64,000 nt of DNA from positions 15,128,001 through 15,192,000 of the forward strand of contig CM102290.1 of assembly GCA_046563655.1 (NCBI GenBank), read 5' to 3'. This document shows, piece after piece, positions 36,378 through 49,900 of this stretch. The stretch comes from Yuukianura sp. NJ FZ-2021. Taxonomy: Eukaryota. A model generated the notes under the pieces. That model was not told where the DNA came from and made no database searches. It saw nothing but the letters and a program-made list of their open reading frames with translations. A program made the translations under genes and the position numbers. How positions within the stretch are numbered: position 1 is the first letter of the stretch; each line of letters begins with the position of its first letter.

Positions 36378-38030
36378 GGACTCGAAGCTTAGACCTAGAA
36401 ATCTAATGGTTAAAAAGATAGAAAATTGCGAAAGCTTTGAAGCGTAGAACTAGAATTTAATGCTTAAAAAGATAGAAAGTGGCGAAGGATTCGAAGCTTA
36501 GAACTAAGAATTTAATGGTTAAAAAGATAGAAAGTGGCGAAGGATTCGAAGCTTAGGACTACGAATTTAATGGTTAAAGAGATAGAAAGTGGCGAAGGAT
36601 TCGAAGCTTAGAACTAAGAATTTAATGGTTAAAGAGAAAGTGGCGAAGGATTCGAAGCTTAGAACTAAGAATTTAATGGTTAAAGAGATAGAAAGTGGCG
36701 AAGGATTCGAAGCTTAGAACTAAGAATTTAATGGTTAAAAAGATAGAAAGTGGCGAAGGATTCGAAGCTTAGAACTAAGAATTTAATGGTTAAAGAGATA
36801 GAAAGTGGCGAAGGATTCGAAGCTTAGAACTAAGAATTTAATGGTTAAAGAGATAGAAAGTGGCGAAGGATTCGAAGCTTAGAACTAAGAATTTAATGGT
36901 TAAAGAGATAGAAAGTGGCGAAGGATTCGAAGCTTAGAACTAAGAATTTAATGGTTAAAGAGATAGAAAGTGGCGAAGGATTCGAAGCTTAGAACTAAGA
37001 ATTTAATGGTTAAAGAGATAGAAAGTGGCGAAGGATTCGAAGCTTAGAACTAAGAATTTAATGGTTAAAGAGATAGAAAGTGGCGAAGGATTCGAAGCTT
37101 AGAACTAAGAATTTAATGGTTAAAGAGATAGAAAGTGGCGAAGGATTCGAAGCTTAGAACTAAGAATTTAATGGTTAAAGAGATAGAAAGTGGCGAAGGA
37201 TTCGAAGCTTAGAATTAAGAATTTAATGGTTAAAGAGATAGAAAGTGGCGAAGGATTCGAAGCTTAGAACTAAGAATTTAATGGTTAAAGAGATAGAAAG
37301 TGGCGAAGGATTCGAAGCTTAGAACTAAGAATTTAATGGTTAAAGAGATAGAAAGTGGCGAAGGATTCGAAGCTTAGAACTAAGAATTTAATGGTTAAAG
37401 AGATAGAAAGTGGCGAAGGATTCGAAGCTTAGAACTAAGAATTTAATGGTTAAAGAGATAGAAAGTGGCGAAGGATTCGAAGCTTAGAACTAAGAATTTA
37501 ATGGTTAAAGAGATAGAAAGTGGCGAAGGATTCGAAGCTTAGAACTAAGAATTTAATGGTTAAAGAGATAGAAAGTGGCGAAGGATTCGAAGCTTAGAAC
37601 TAAGAATTTAATGGTTAAAGAGATAGAAAGTGGCGAAGGATTCGAAGCTTAGAACTAAGAATTTAATGGTTAAAAAGATAGAAAGTGGCGAAGGATTCGA
37701 AGCTTAGAGTTAAGAATTTAATGGTTAAAGAGATAGAAAGTGGCGAAGGATTCAAAGCTAAGAACTAAGAATTTAATGGTTAAAGAGATAGAAAGTGGCG
37801 AAGGATTCAAAGCTAAGAACTAAGAATTTAATGGTTAAAGAGATAGAAAGTGGCGAAGGATTCAAAGCTAAGAACTAAGAATTTAATGGTTAAAGAGATA
37901 GAAAGTGGCGAAGGATTCGAAGCTTAGAATTAAGAATTTAGTGGTTAAAAAGACAAAGTTTAGAAGGACTCAAAGCTTAGAACTAAGAATTTAATGGTTA
38001 AAAAAATAGAAAATTGCGAAGGATTCGAAG
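36378..38030. repeat. 55-bp satellite (about 30 copies, nearly identical)
   Basis: Unit GAAGGATTCGAAGCTTAGAACTAAGAATTTAATGGTTAAAGAGATAGAAAGTGGC; period 55 (36661 to 36716). Confidence 0.97.
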
Positions 38031-38249
38031 GTGAGAAAGAAGGATCTAATATTTGAAAAGATAGAACTTTTTAAACCCCCACCCCCCCACTAAAAATTCA
38101 AAAAACAACGTTTGAAAAGTAATTCAAAATTAAAAAAAAGTTTCTCTAGAGAAAAGTTGTGTTTAAAAGAACTTAAAATGTCCACTAAAGATTCAGAAAA
38201 ACAACGTTTGAAAAGTTCAAAATTTGCTTAAAGAAAGTTTTCTAAAGAA

Positions 38250-38463
38250 AAGTTTGTCTCTGAATGTGAATTTACACCTTAGCAGAGAATAATAAACTCT
38301 TTAAAAAATTTGTCTCTGAATGTGAATTGACACCTTAACAAAGAATAGTAAACTTTTTAAAAAATTTGTCTCTGAAAGTGAATTGACACCTTAACAAAGA
38401 ATAATAAACTTTTTACAAAATTTGTCTCTGAATGTGAAAATACACCTTAACAGAGAATAATAA
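38250..38463. repeat. Second block of the 56-bp satellite (about 4 diverged copies)
   Basis: TTTGTCTCTGAATGTGAATT.ACACCTTAACA.AGAATAATAAAC repeats in the same orientation as 34926-36375. Confidence 0.85.
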
Positions 38464-40533
38464 AAATCTAAACATCTAAAAGTGCAGCTCTTTAGCCGTT
38501 TCAGGTTACTTAGATGCTACCTAACCTAAAGAGGACTTGGTTTAAGAGCTGTAGAACCTCCCGCGCCGTAGGCGCGCGCGAAATTTTTCGTTTCTTTGAA
38601 TAAAAAAAACTCAATTTTCTACTTTTTCAACTAAATAGCATTACCTACCAGATACCAAATAAAAGTTAGAGGATTTGGTAACGCATACGGGCAAACTATT
38701 CACACCACATATGGACTATGGACAGTTATAAAAAAAACTATTTCTTTTTGGGGCCCTGTGTACGTGTTGAGATATTTTACAACAACCTAAAACGGATATG
38801 GGCATTCCAAAAGTACACTTAATTTAGAATACTAAGCTGTTCGTAGTCAGGAAATCGTCGAATGCGATTGAAAATTATTTTAAAATTATCGCAAGATTAA
38901 ACCGTTTATGCAAATTTGTTGTACTGCCATCAGCTGTTAATTGGATGCTACATTAAATAGGGTTTGTCCATATGTAGTGTAGGAGAGTTTAGGATTGTAT
39001 CCCTAAATCTAGAAGGGTTATCGATAATTAATGGTATTACCGATTCCGGTAGCTGACAAACCGACAATTTTAAAAGAGATGCCGAAATCCTATTGTTGGT
39101 AGCTGATTCCGGATGCCTGCGACTAAAAATAAGGATTCTTGTCTTACCTTTTTGATGTCCAGATGTTGAGGTCAAACTTTCCTGGAATTGAAACGTCGTG
39201 ATGCGTGAGACCGTCAATAGTGTCCAGCCAGTAAACTGCAAAGACAAGAACATTTGTTAAGGCAACACGCACGATTAATTAAAGAAACTCTTGGAAATTA
39301 GTTTCAATTAATTCTTAATTTCGAGTTGGGAAAAGCAACGGAATCGTGTCAGCAGTATACTAGATAAGATATCAACTCACCAGTCTCCGAGAACATCGTC
39401 CACTGTCTTCCTCTTCAGCCGATGACACTCGAAATCGTTAAACCCGAATCCGTCGTAAACTGGTTCCGTACTGTGCAGATCCTAAACGACATGCAAGTCA
39501 AGAAGACATTATGCTCAATGACAACAAAAATTAATCATTCATACACACCACGCATCCATTCAAATACCAAAACCCAACTGTTAATTGAGCACTTTGTTAT
39601 GTAATCAATTACCTCTGCAACTACGAATAAACACTGGAACTGGAACTGGAATTCACATTTTAGCACGACACAGCCTTGTTCAATGGACACTTTTGGTGGA
39701 AGTAATGAGAATTAAACCAATTAACAATTAACGGACTACTAAACGTTGTTTCTTGTCTCAAGTCGTCTCTCCATTTGCGTTTGTGTTGACCGTTGGAACG
39801 TTATCATGTGGAATTCAAATAAGTGATGTCTCTCTCACTTAGCATGCAAAACTACAAAAACAAATGGCAATTTGAAACTGCAAAACTTTCAGCGTTACCG
39901 TAACTTCCCAGATAAAAGGGTAAGGGGTTCCTAAATGAGAGCTCAGCTTAAAGTTAAATTGATAAAAAAGATCCCGCCTTCCTAAACGGAACTTGGCGGT
40001 GATCACACAAAATGAACTGCCATTGGCCACTTTTGGAATGGGAATATAATCTCAGCCCTCCTTAGATTTCTCCCAACTGTAGTGCAATTTCCCTTTGTTT
40101 TTGTAGTTTTGAATGCTGAGTTAGAGAGACGCCAATTACGAGTTTGGCGCCAACAAATTCAAAATTCAAAAGTTTATTTACAGTTTCAACAATTAAATTT
40201 GATTTTATCAATTTTGTAATTAGTTTGTTAATTAATCGGGATTCTAATTACAACGGAACTCCTACTCCAAACTCGCGAAGCTCATTTAATTGAGATAAAA
40301 TTCTCAATTAACGCAGTTTTTTTTTATATAGTATACAATGGATTGAACAAAAAGGATGGCGCAACTGTGGGGAGTTGGTGTGGAGTGTACAGTGGCTTTT
40401 TGTCTCACTCCGAACTCTGTTGAAGAAAGGGATAAACAGTAATTAACATGTAAGATGTTATTTTTGTTTGATTAGTTGTTGAATTAGTCAATTGATTACT
40501 TTTCCCTTGTCTCCGCCACAGTACGACCTAACG

Positions 40534-41663
40534 ATGTCTAGCGAATATTCGGCAGCCAAAGGAAGCAAACTCAAACTCAAAGGGGAAAAGATTCAGTAAG
40601 GCCCCTTTAGTGGTACTTTTCAATTCTTCAAATAAAAATATGTTCAGCGTTAAGGCTAATCCAGGAACTACCTATGATGGGAGCATCAGAAATATCAATG
40701 TATAACTCATGAACTTCTGATATTTTTGTAGGAAACACAAGACGAAAAGGAAAGCCGTAAGGAAAGCGGAAGGAGTGGGCGGAGGTGGTAGTGTCAAGGA
40801 TTCAGAAGATACAACCAAACATGGTAAGCATTTAGTCCATTAGTTGATGTAGGTCATGTGAATGATTTGACTGTTGATTGTTTTAGGGGGATGGTGGGCG
40901 ATATCAAAGGCGGAAGAACTTGTTGGTCCGATTGCAATTGAATTCGGGTGGCAGACTTACATAAAATCCGTTGACAACGGTCTCATCACTATTGGTCTCC
41001 CCCACAACGAGAACGATCCTCCCTCTGCCGAAGAAATCTTCACTGCAATACGCATTGAAGACAAATTGGCCATCAAGTCTGGTTATGACAAGTTCATCAA
41101 AGTTGGACCGAAGAATGAACTTGTCGGGACGTCAGACGCAGTCGGAACGCCCGAACTCTTTGAACTCGTGTTCCAGGTAACCTATTCATACATTCAGCGA
41201 TTAAGCACTTGCATTCATTCCTTTTGTCAACATTTAGGACGGAAAGTTGGCCATTCTGGGACACAACGGATGTTTCCTTTCAGTTGACCCCGAATCCGAC
41301 ACAATCGTGGCCACAAAGAAGAAGGCGACTGATTCCGAATTTGTGAAGTTGAGATGCCAGGCACAGAGAGACGAACAGAGCGACACACGACCGACAGAAG
41401 AGAGGAGCGACGACATTAGGCAGATTGAAATCAACTATGTGTAAGTTTGTCACATGCAACCCTTAACTTTGTAATCCAAAAATACAGTTTCCTGCATTTC
41501 TTTTTGTGTTCACAGGAAAAAGTTTCAGAAATTCCAAGACAAACGGATGCGCTTGTCTGAAGCGGATCGAGAAGAAGTGAAAATCGCCAAGAAGGAAGGA
41601 AGTCTTCATGAAGCTCTGCTGGATCGCAGGAGTAAAATGAAAGCAGACCGATACTGTAAATAG
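40534..41663 (+). CDS. FRG1: FRG1 homolog, 5 coding exons
   Basis: [75 protein letters not shown]. Confidence 0.95.
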
Positions 41664-41782
41664 TTACGCTTTACATAAGTTACTCTCCTTTTCAACTTTT
41701 AATCTCGCATAAATCACAAGTAAACTTTGTGACAACTAATTGTTGAATGGTGAATTGTTGTTGATGAAGTTATAATTTGGGT

Positions 41783-43134
41783 TTACTCTTCTGGTATGGG
41801 TGGAGTGTCGTGAGTGGTGGGTTCGGGCGGAGGTGGGGCAGGAACTGGTGGCAAGGAGTCTCGTGGGGCTTGGCCATAGAAGAGTTCCGTGGCTGACTGG
41901 GTGGGTGGTGGTGTTTTGAGTTCGGACAAAGAGTCTTCATCCAGCGTGTGATCAGAGCTTCCGTCGTCGAACTTCATGATGAACCAATTGCGAATGTAGA
42001 TGACGAGATAGAGGAAGATGAAGATCCCATTCATGATGTAGAAGATGACGTGGGAGTAGTCATAGAGACCCATGTGAGCAGAGAACAGTTTTTGGTAGCA
42101 ACCCTGCTCAAAGTCACATTCAATTAGTAGTTCAAGTGTCCAGTTTGAGCAATAACTTACGCATTTGACGATGGCATCGTCCACAGATTTGTTGACGAAA
42201 TAGAGGGTACGGTGGGCCTTGTACAAAGGCATAACTTTCTCCACGTCTTCTTCTGGAAATGGACATCCGGATTGGACTGCAAGCTCTGCTACTGTCAGTC
42301 CCGTCACTCCGCTTCTGTTTCCCAAAGGAATGTCAATGTAGTGGTGACAGGCTTCGTCCTTTTGATGGCAACAAGCCCAGGGGATGTGGCTGCTCATGTT
42401 GCCACTTGAAATGTTGCCAGTCTGTGGATTTCCAAGAATTGACGCATGATCCCAGTAACCCCAGTAGCCACAACACTCCTGCAATTTCAACAATGCTTTT
42501 GACTCACAATTTATGAGGGATTTGTAAAGTTTGTGAGTGTGTTACGGCATTGAGTTCCACGCGTGACACAGGAACGTTCTTTCGATAGGATTTGAGGTAC
42601 GTGACGACGTCAGGGAAATTTTCAGTGGCGGCTCGCGTGGCGTTCATTCCATACGAAGTTAGGACGGAATTGACAGTAATCAAGGACGCCACGAACTAAA
42701 ACATCAAAGAAAACGTTAGGAACGTTTTGAAAAGGACAGTGCAGGGCATGTCTTACGCCCAATGCACAGAAAATGTTGACTACATCGCATTTCACAAAGG
42801 CACACCCTGGCACAAGAAAAAAGACTAATGAACATTTGAAACATTGGTGCAGTGCTGGTAATTAATGGCTAAGGGACATAAGAGAGGAAGTTACCGAAGA
42901 GTGACATGGTGATGTTGAAGAGGCAGACGGTAACAATGAAGGCCTCAGCTAGACCAACTTCTGGTGTCTTCAAAATGTACTTTTTCACAAAGAGTTGCGT
43001 CCCCATGATGTACCCAATGTAGTAAAACTAAAAAGTGAAGCAAAGTCAAATAGTGGAGGGATTACTTATGCTTAAGAGCGTCTTACCCAACCGACCCAGT
43101 ACACAGTGCACGAAAACTTAAAGAAGGAAGCCAT
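41783..43134 (-). CDS. Divergent tetraspanin-like membrane protein, 6 exons
   Basis: Three N-terminal hydrophobic segments, then an EC2-like loop with CCG, PWACC and GC motifs, TM4 VIFYIMNGIFIFLYLVIYI and a long acidic/Pro-rich tail. In-frame intron at 42104-42160. Confidence 0.7.
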
Positions 43135-43907
43135 TTTGACACTCTGCTCAAAACGTCAGTTCTACTCTGAAAGAACTTTGAACAAATGAGAAGTGGAAGG
43201 AAAATGAGGAAGTTGTTTCCAAGTGACGCATGGTTTGAAAGAGCAGTTGCCATGGGAATGGAAATCCGAACATCCTGAAGGAAACGCTTTAAAAAGCAGT
43301 GGGAGTTGAGAGTTGATGTTGGGTTTTACTGGGTGAAGATCAAATAAAAAAGATGAATGGAACAACAATGATGGTGGTTGGGAGTAGTGAACTACAGAGT
43401 TTATCGTTCTAAGTTAAAGACTAAATAACAGGTCCATATATAACTTTGTAAATGTACACCTCAGTTGGAGTTGCAACTCTTTGTTCACTTCCACCAGAGG
43501 TCAGAGGTCAAGTCCAGTTGGAACAGAATGGCCAAGGGCCCTCCCATTTCCATTGTGGAAATTAGCGTCCAACTGAGTGGCCAAGTGAGAGGTGACTTGA
43601 GAGTTGAATGTCGGGAAGAGTGGAGCCTTGAAAGAGGAAGGGCCCTCCCCTTAAACCTCCAAACAAGGTACGGAATACTGACTGGGTCAACTTAGAAATC
43701 CTTAACTAATTACACGACATTGTACGTTGGAGTTGGAGTGTTGAGGCTACTTCATTCCAAGTCCTCGTCTTCCTCTTCACTCCCACTTATTGTTTCCCTA
43801 GTCAAGTTCAAAAGTCACTTCCTCCTCCAGTGGAACTTGAGTATTTAGAGGTTAAAAATGTAGTTAAAAATCCAACTCCAGTGGAAAGTTAGACTTATGC
43901 GCAGAGA

Positions 43908-46900
43908 TCAGGAGGGTTCATGCAGATGACCTCCACGCTCTGCCATACTCAGGAGACCTCCAAACTCATGATCAAGGATGTGACGAGCCTACAACCAAAC
44001 ACAAATTACTCTTCAACCTACTTTACTCTTCACTTTCCTTACTTGTGCGTTTTGTGTTGGAATTTGCAATGACAAGGCCATTGCACTCTGGTCAAAGTTT
44101 TCATCAAGGGCAATGAGAGCTCCATGCACTCCGGACTCTTGTAGATTGACAGCGTACTCCTGAAACACACAAAATCCAAAGGTTAAGTCCATCAAATCCA
44201 TTGTTAAGTCCAGGAAGTGAAGGAATACCTTTAGACCTATGGCTTGAACCCACTTCATGACTCGTTCGTTTGACCACACTACCAAATCCGTGTTTTCATT
44301 TTCTGAAATTCTCCTCCGTTCTTCCAGTAACTTCCGATCGTAGTTGAGTCTCTTCAAACAGGCAATCCCAAACTGAAGACTATTTCTGTAAATCACAACA
44401 CAATGAATTGTTGTTCATAAATGAACATTAGTTGTGGATTGGAGTCAGTGTTACAACTGCATTATTTCACTTTTCAGTCAAACATGGAAAAAAAGTGAAA
44501 AATACATGAAACAGAATAAACCTTTTCAGCTTCTTTAATTTCTTTCACTGATAAGCTGAAATATTTCAACGAAATATTTCAATTTCTTCCGCTTTCTTTC
44601 AATTTGTTTCAGTGAAATGAAAAAGAAACATAGATGAAATTTTGAGTTAATTTCACTATTTTCATTTTTTTTTCCAATTTTGCAGTTTTTCTCATATATT
44701 TCCGTTTGTTGGAGAGAAAGTAAGAAAAGTAGGTGAGCGTGAAATGTATAGAAGAGGGATTGGAGTGTTACCTGTGGAAGGCATCCACCATCTTCAGCTG
44801 AGTGCGGAGATCTTTCTTGGTGAGGTGGTCGAGCATGCGTGCGTCCACGAGGCACTCCATGAACGTGGTTCGATACTGCGGGAGCCCGAGAGAGGGGAGC
44901 CAGTAGTTCCCGATCCACTCGTGGTTCATCTCTCCAAAGGCCAAGTGCCCGAGGCGAGAGGCAGTGGGCGCAGAGGGACTAGTGAGGGAAACCATCTCCT
45001 GGATCGCCAGTCGCAACTTCAACCGATGCAGGGGATTGCTACAACCAAAGAGTCAATGTACTGCCAAGTATTCCCAAGTATTTCCAAGTATTGTTACCTG
45101 ATTCCGATTTCCCTCTGTATCTCCGTATCACTGAGGGCACTCATGATGGCTCCTGACTTGACATTGGCTCTACAAGCAGCGACGTACCAGGCGGGCATGC
45201 CGACCCACTGCTCGAGCCATGCGTCGATGGTGGGTCCATTCCAGAGGGCGAAGGGCGTGCCTGCCTTCATGGCCTCTGACAGGAGTTTCGTCTTGCGCTT
45301 CTTTCTTCGGTCAAAGTCAGCCTTGGCTGTGAGAGGAACGGAGTGGAGAGACTGCACGGAAGGAAGACTAGAAGTGACAGGAGTGGAGTCACCGGCAGTG
45401 GAACCCTCGCTCTCAAACCCCCCTTGGTCGTACATCTCCTTCCCCTTGGCCTGGAAATAGGACAGTTAGCACTCAATTCCTTTATGATTCAACTCTTAAC
45501 TCACCTTCTCCTTCTTGCTGAAGAGGCGGCCGAGAGAGGACTTGAGGCCCTTCTTCTTGGCTGCCGCTGCCATGGCTGCTGCATGAGTGGTCCCTCCAAG
45601 TGAGGGCGGCTGCTGCCGATGTTGGCCCTGCATACTCTCGTGTCCCATGTAATTTCCACTTGAACCCTGGACGAGATTGACACGACGGAGCTCCTCTGTG
45701 CTCTGGCCGTACATTGGAACTGACGTATTTGGCATGAAGCGAAGAGATCTGGGGGTGGGAGGACTAGGTTCCGCTTGTTTCATGGCCAGCCCCATGTCAG
45801 GCATTGTGAGGTTACTCTGGTGGTACATTTGAACTGAGCCAACGCCCAACGACTCGCTCATACCACTCCCTGGAGAAGCGTAGAACTGGGCCGGAGACAG
45901 GGACGCTGGAACCTAACAACCAAACACAATTATACAAATTATACAATTCCATCGAACAAATAGACATGAAACGAAATACGAACTTCTAAACGCTTGGTTT
46001 GGCGAGATTTCGTGTTTCAAATTATTATTATTTTTCCTTCCAAAGCTCAACCTTCAAAGTCTCAAAATACGCAAAATTAGTTCAAAATTTTGGCTTTTGA
46101 GTATGAAAGAGAAATTTTTGAAAATTTCACTTTTCCACTTTAAATTTTTCGGTGTAGCAGTGCCTTACTATTCCTTGGAGATAAAAACTAAAACGTTGAG
46201 CACAGCGTTTCTCTTTAGTCAAAGTAATTTGTTTTCTGTGATTATAGACAAGTGGATGGAGGTTTCTTTTGAATTTTTTTTTTGGCCTGTTCTTGTGCCT
46301 GGGAGACATTCGACATGAACTGAGCGACTGAAGCGACAGTTGGTTCGGTTCGGCACATTGATGACCGATTTTACTTCATTTCTTGTCCACTAACTGTGCC
46401 AACCGGACGAAAATTTAAGGAAGTTAACGTTACATTTTTCGAGCAAAATGCTCGAGGAATATGCTGGAATAAATTCTTCCAGCAAACTGCTCGAGGAATA
46501 TCCTGGAACAAAATTCTCGAGCAAACTGCTCGGGAGATATCCTGGAAAATAAAGTAGGTTATGATAGGATCCGAATTCTTAGATTAGGTTAGGATAGGAT
46601 TCGAATTCTTAGATTAGGTTAGGGTAGGATTCGAATTCTTAGATTGGGTTAGGATAGGATTCGAATTCTTAGATTAGGTTAGGGTAGGATTCGAATTCTT
46701 AGATTAGGTTAGGATAGGATTCGAATTCTTAGATTAGGTTAGGGTAGGATTCGAATTCTTAGATTAGGTTAGGGTAGGATTCGAATTCTTAGATTAGATT
46801 AGGATAGGATTCGAATTCTTAGATTAGGTTAAGATAGGAGTCGAATCCTTAGATTAGATTAGGATAGGATGAAATCTAACTAACGATAAGTGTAGAATAT

Positions 46901-49900
46901 CTAAAATTTCTGCTTGACGAAATCTACCGAAGTCTTCAAAAAAAAAGTTTAAAAAAATTCAAATACAAAGTTGGAAATATTTTCCCCCCAGCGCTCAAGG
47001 TGCCTCGGGACTAACATCAAAATGCATCCCACGAATGGTGATGTGAAATTTAAAAATGGAAGAATTGGAAGTTGAGATTACATGAATTTTGCGACATTGG
47101 AAATGTAATTTTGGAAATTCCTAAAAATCCGCATTAGAGACAGAGAAGTAAAGCGGGTATTGTGTTAGTATTGGAATGATGGAGTTACCGTATGGAATTT
47201 GTGGAGGTAGTCCCGTTGCGAAGAGGGGTTTGACCTGGGTGTGGATCTTCCGCTGAGCGGGGGTGAGGGGGGTCTGTCCAGCCCCCTCCCGCCCATCTCC
47301 AAACTGCGACCACTGAGGGGAGGTGACATGGGGCGGTCGTAGAACCGACTCCTGGCCAGCATGTTGACATGGTCCATGGACCCCACACGCGACTCCAACT
47401 GCTCTGCTCTCGCCTCCGTCGTCTGCTTCTCCTCCTGGATAAGACGAATCTCATTGTTGATGGCATCCAGTTGCTCCTGCAGCATCAGAGCAAGGGTCTG
47501 CGCATCCGTCTGCTGAGAGGGCGAAAGAACGTCTGCCGCTGAGAAGATGCTCTCAGAATCATCACCCTCAGCATCACTCAGATCAAATGCTTGCTGGGCA
47601 TTCACTAGAGCCTGAGCTTGGTCTTCCCACTCCACGTCAACCTACAAAAAAACAAAAGTCAACACAATTCCACACAAAGTCATGAGATATCCGCCTTATC
47701 ACTGTAAAGATTCAAATATTTCACTTTTCAGGGAAAAATGAAAAAAAAGTGAAAAAAACTGAAAAATACATTAAACGAAATAAACCTTTTCAGCTTCATT
47801 AATTTCTTTCACTGAAATATTTCGATTTCTTTAACTTTCTTCCAATTTGTTTGAGTGAAACGAAAAAAACATAGGTGAAATTTTCCGTTAATTTCACTTT
47901 CTTTCACTTTTTCTGTTTTTTTCATTTACTTTACTTTGACTGAAACCAAAAAAAGTAGCGGCCCGTGGAATATAAAGAAGACTGCACCTTATCATCGTCG
48001 AGATGCTTGACGAGTCTGCGTGGGAGTGAATGAGTGTCGAAGCTGGAGTGACTTCCGGTTCTCACAAAAGTGGCTTCTGCTGGGGTTGGACTCAGACTGC
48101 GCGTCAGAGCCTCCGTTTGCTGAATGTTGTAAGCAATTTCCTGCTGGTACAGTTGGCGCTTGAGGCTCTCCACTTCCAGTCTCGCTTTTGTCACTTCCTT
48201 CACCAAATCCGCCTAGAGCAAAAGACACAAAAGACAAGATGAGCAAGAACCAGACACAAATTAGACCAGTTCCCACCTTCTCCGACTGGATTTCCTCCAG
48301 GAACTTCCTGGTTTTGTCCAGTTCCTGCGTGAGGGCATTCTTCTCCTCGAGCGAGTGCATTCTCTCCTGGAGATGAACCTGGAGTCGGTCGTTGGACTCT
48401 GCCAGCAGTTTGTCCACCGTGGCAGAGAGGCGGGAGTTGTGGTCTTCATTGACACGGGATCTTTGGTTGAGACGCACCAACTCTGTGTTCTTCTCTTCCA
48501 GCGTCGCCTCCAGTCGTGCAATCCTCTCTTCTGCTGAACCATGTCTCTCCTGTGCCTACAACATTCAAATTAACATTCAACATTCACAAAAACTAAAAGT
48601 TTAAAGTTAAGATGAAGAAGTTACTTGAGTCAAGGCCTGGAGACGCTGCTTCAACTCCTCCTCCATGTCTGGCATTTTGGAGAACTGGGCCAGTTTCTGA
48701 TCAGAGAGGTCCAATTTCTCCTGGAGAGCACGCGACTTTTCCTCTTGCAGTTTCAACTGAGCATCTCGATGTTGCAGTTCTTGCTCCAACTTTTCATTTA
48801 AATCGTGCAGTCCAGTGGATTCCCGTTGAGCATTCAAGTAGCGCTTCTCCAAAGTAGCAATTCTCTCCTCCTGAAAACAAAACAAAGTTAGACTAACTGT
48901 TTTGGAGAGGAGTGATTTGATGTGTAGCAAATCCACTCTCATCCTTCATCATCATCCTCCCCATAAAAACCTTTCTTTGGAAGAGAAAGGAGGAAGATGT
49001 GGATGGATTGTTTCCAAATCCGCACTTTCTTTTTGTACCTTGGAGCGATTGCATAAGAGGGATGGGACTAATCCCTTCCAGTGTGGAAGTGAGTGTGAAT
49101 ATGGATGGAGACATTAAGGGCTTCACATCACTTTCACCTTCCTCGCTTTCTCTTCATTTTCATAATGCAGTCACTTTGGAGACTCCTCATTTACCTGATC
49201 CACTTTCTGAGCCTGGTTCTCTCTCAAATCCCTCTGCAGTTTGGCATTGCTCTCCTGTGCTCTGCCCAGCTCACGCTGACTCCTGCTCAGACTCTCCTCC
49301 ACTTCCGCCAAACGACCACTCAGCTCCCCATTCCGTCGCTGGGCAGCACCCAACTCACAACCCTAAATTCAAAACCATCAATTGGCAAATGTCCAACTTT
49401 GGACTTTAAACCCACTACTCAAGTACCTGTTTCTCCAAAGCGCTCTGCAGATCCGCAATCTTGGAAAAGTCAACATCACCCTCCAAAGATCCATTAGAAA
49501 CACGCTGAAATGAAGAAGCAAAGTATTAAAAATGAGTTAAGATGGACAAGAGAATTGTTACTTTGGTTTGACTGAATGCGGGTCTGGAGTCTGTGTCTCC
49601 GTTCTCTCCGTTCTCCTTCCCCTTCTCTCCCTTTGTCACTTTGTTCTGCTGCAACTTTAATTAAAAAAAGGAAATTAAACCACAGACACTCGGAATTAAT
49701 TAAAGTGTGATCAATCCACAATTAGCATAACATCTCTGCCACACATAGTTACTCCCTCCAACACAACCATTCTCCAAATGGTCAACTGACAAAGGCTCAA
49801 CATTCAACTGTGTTGGAAGGGCGTGTTTCCCTTTTCCACTTTCTCTCGGAGGAAAAGAGGGAATGTGATGAACACCCTCCAGCACGGTGGGGCCACAATT

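Noticed and set aside
34926..38463. CRISPR-like appearance of the regular arrays (also 55746-56665)
   Set aside because: Units are head-to-tail without unique spacers, there are no cas genes and the context is eukaryotic.
40640..40725. Possible C/D-box snoRNA in the FRG1 intron (ATGATG...CTGA)
   Set aside because: The C box is imperfect and I could not identify a terminal stem or guide sequence. A covariance-model scan would be needed.
42104..42160. Ten-cysteine tetraspanin loop implied by the ORF track
   Set aside because: Two Cys lie in a 57-nt in-frame segment with a consensus donor, branch point and acceptor, so the spliced loop has eight.
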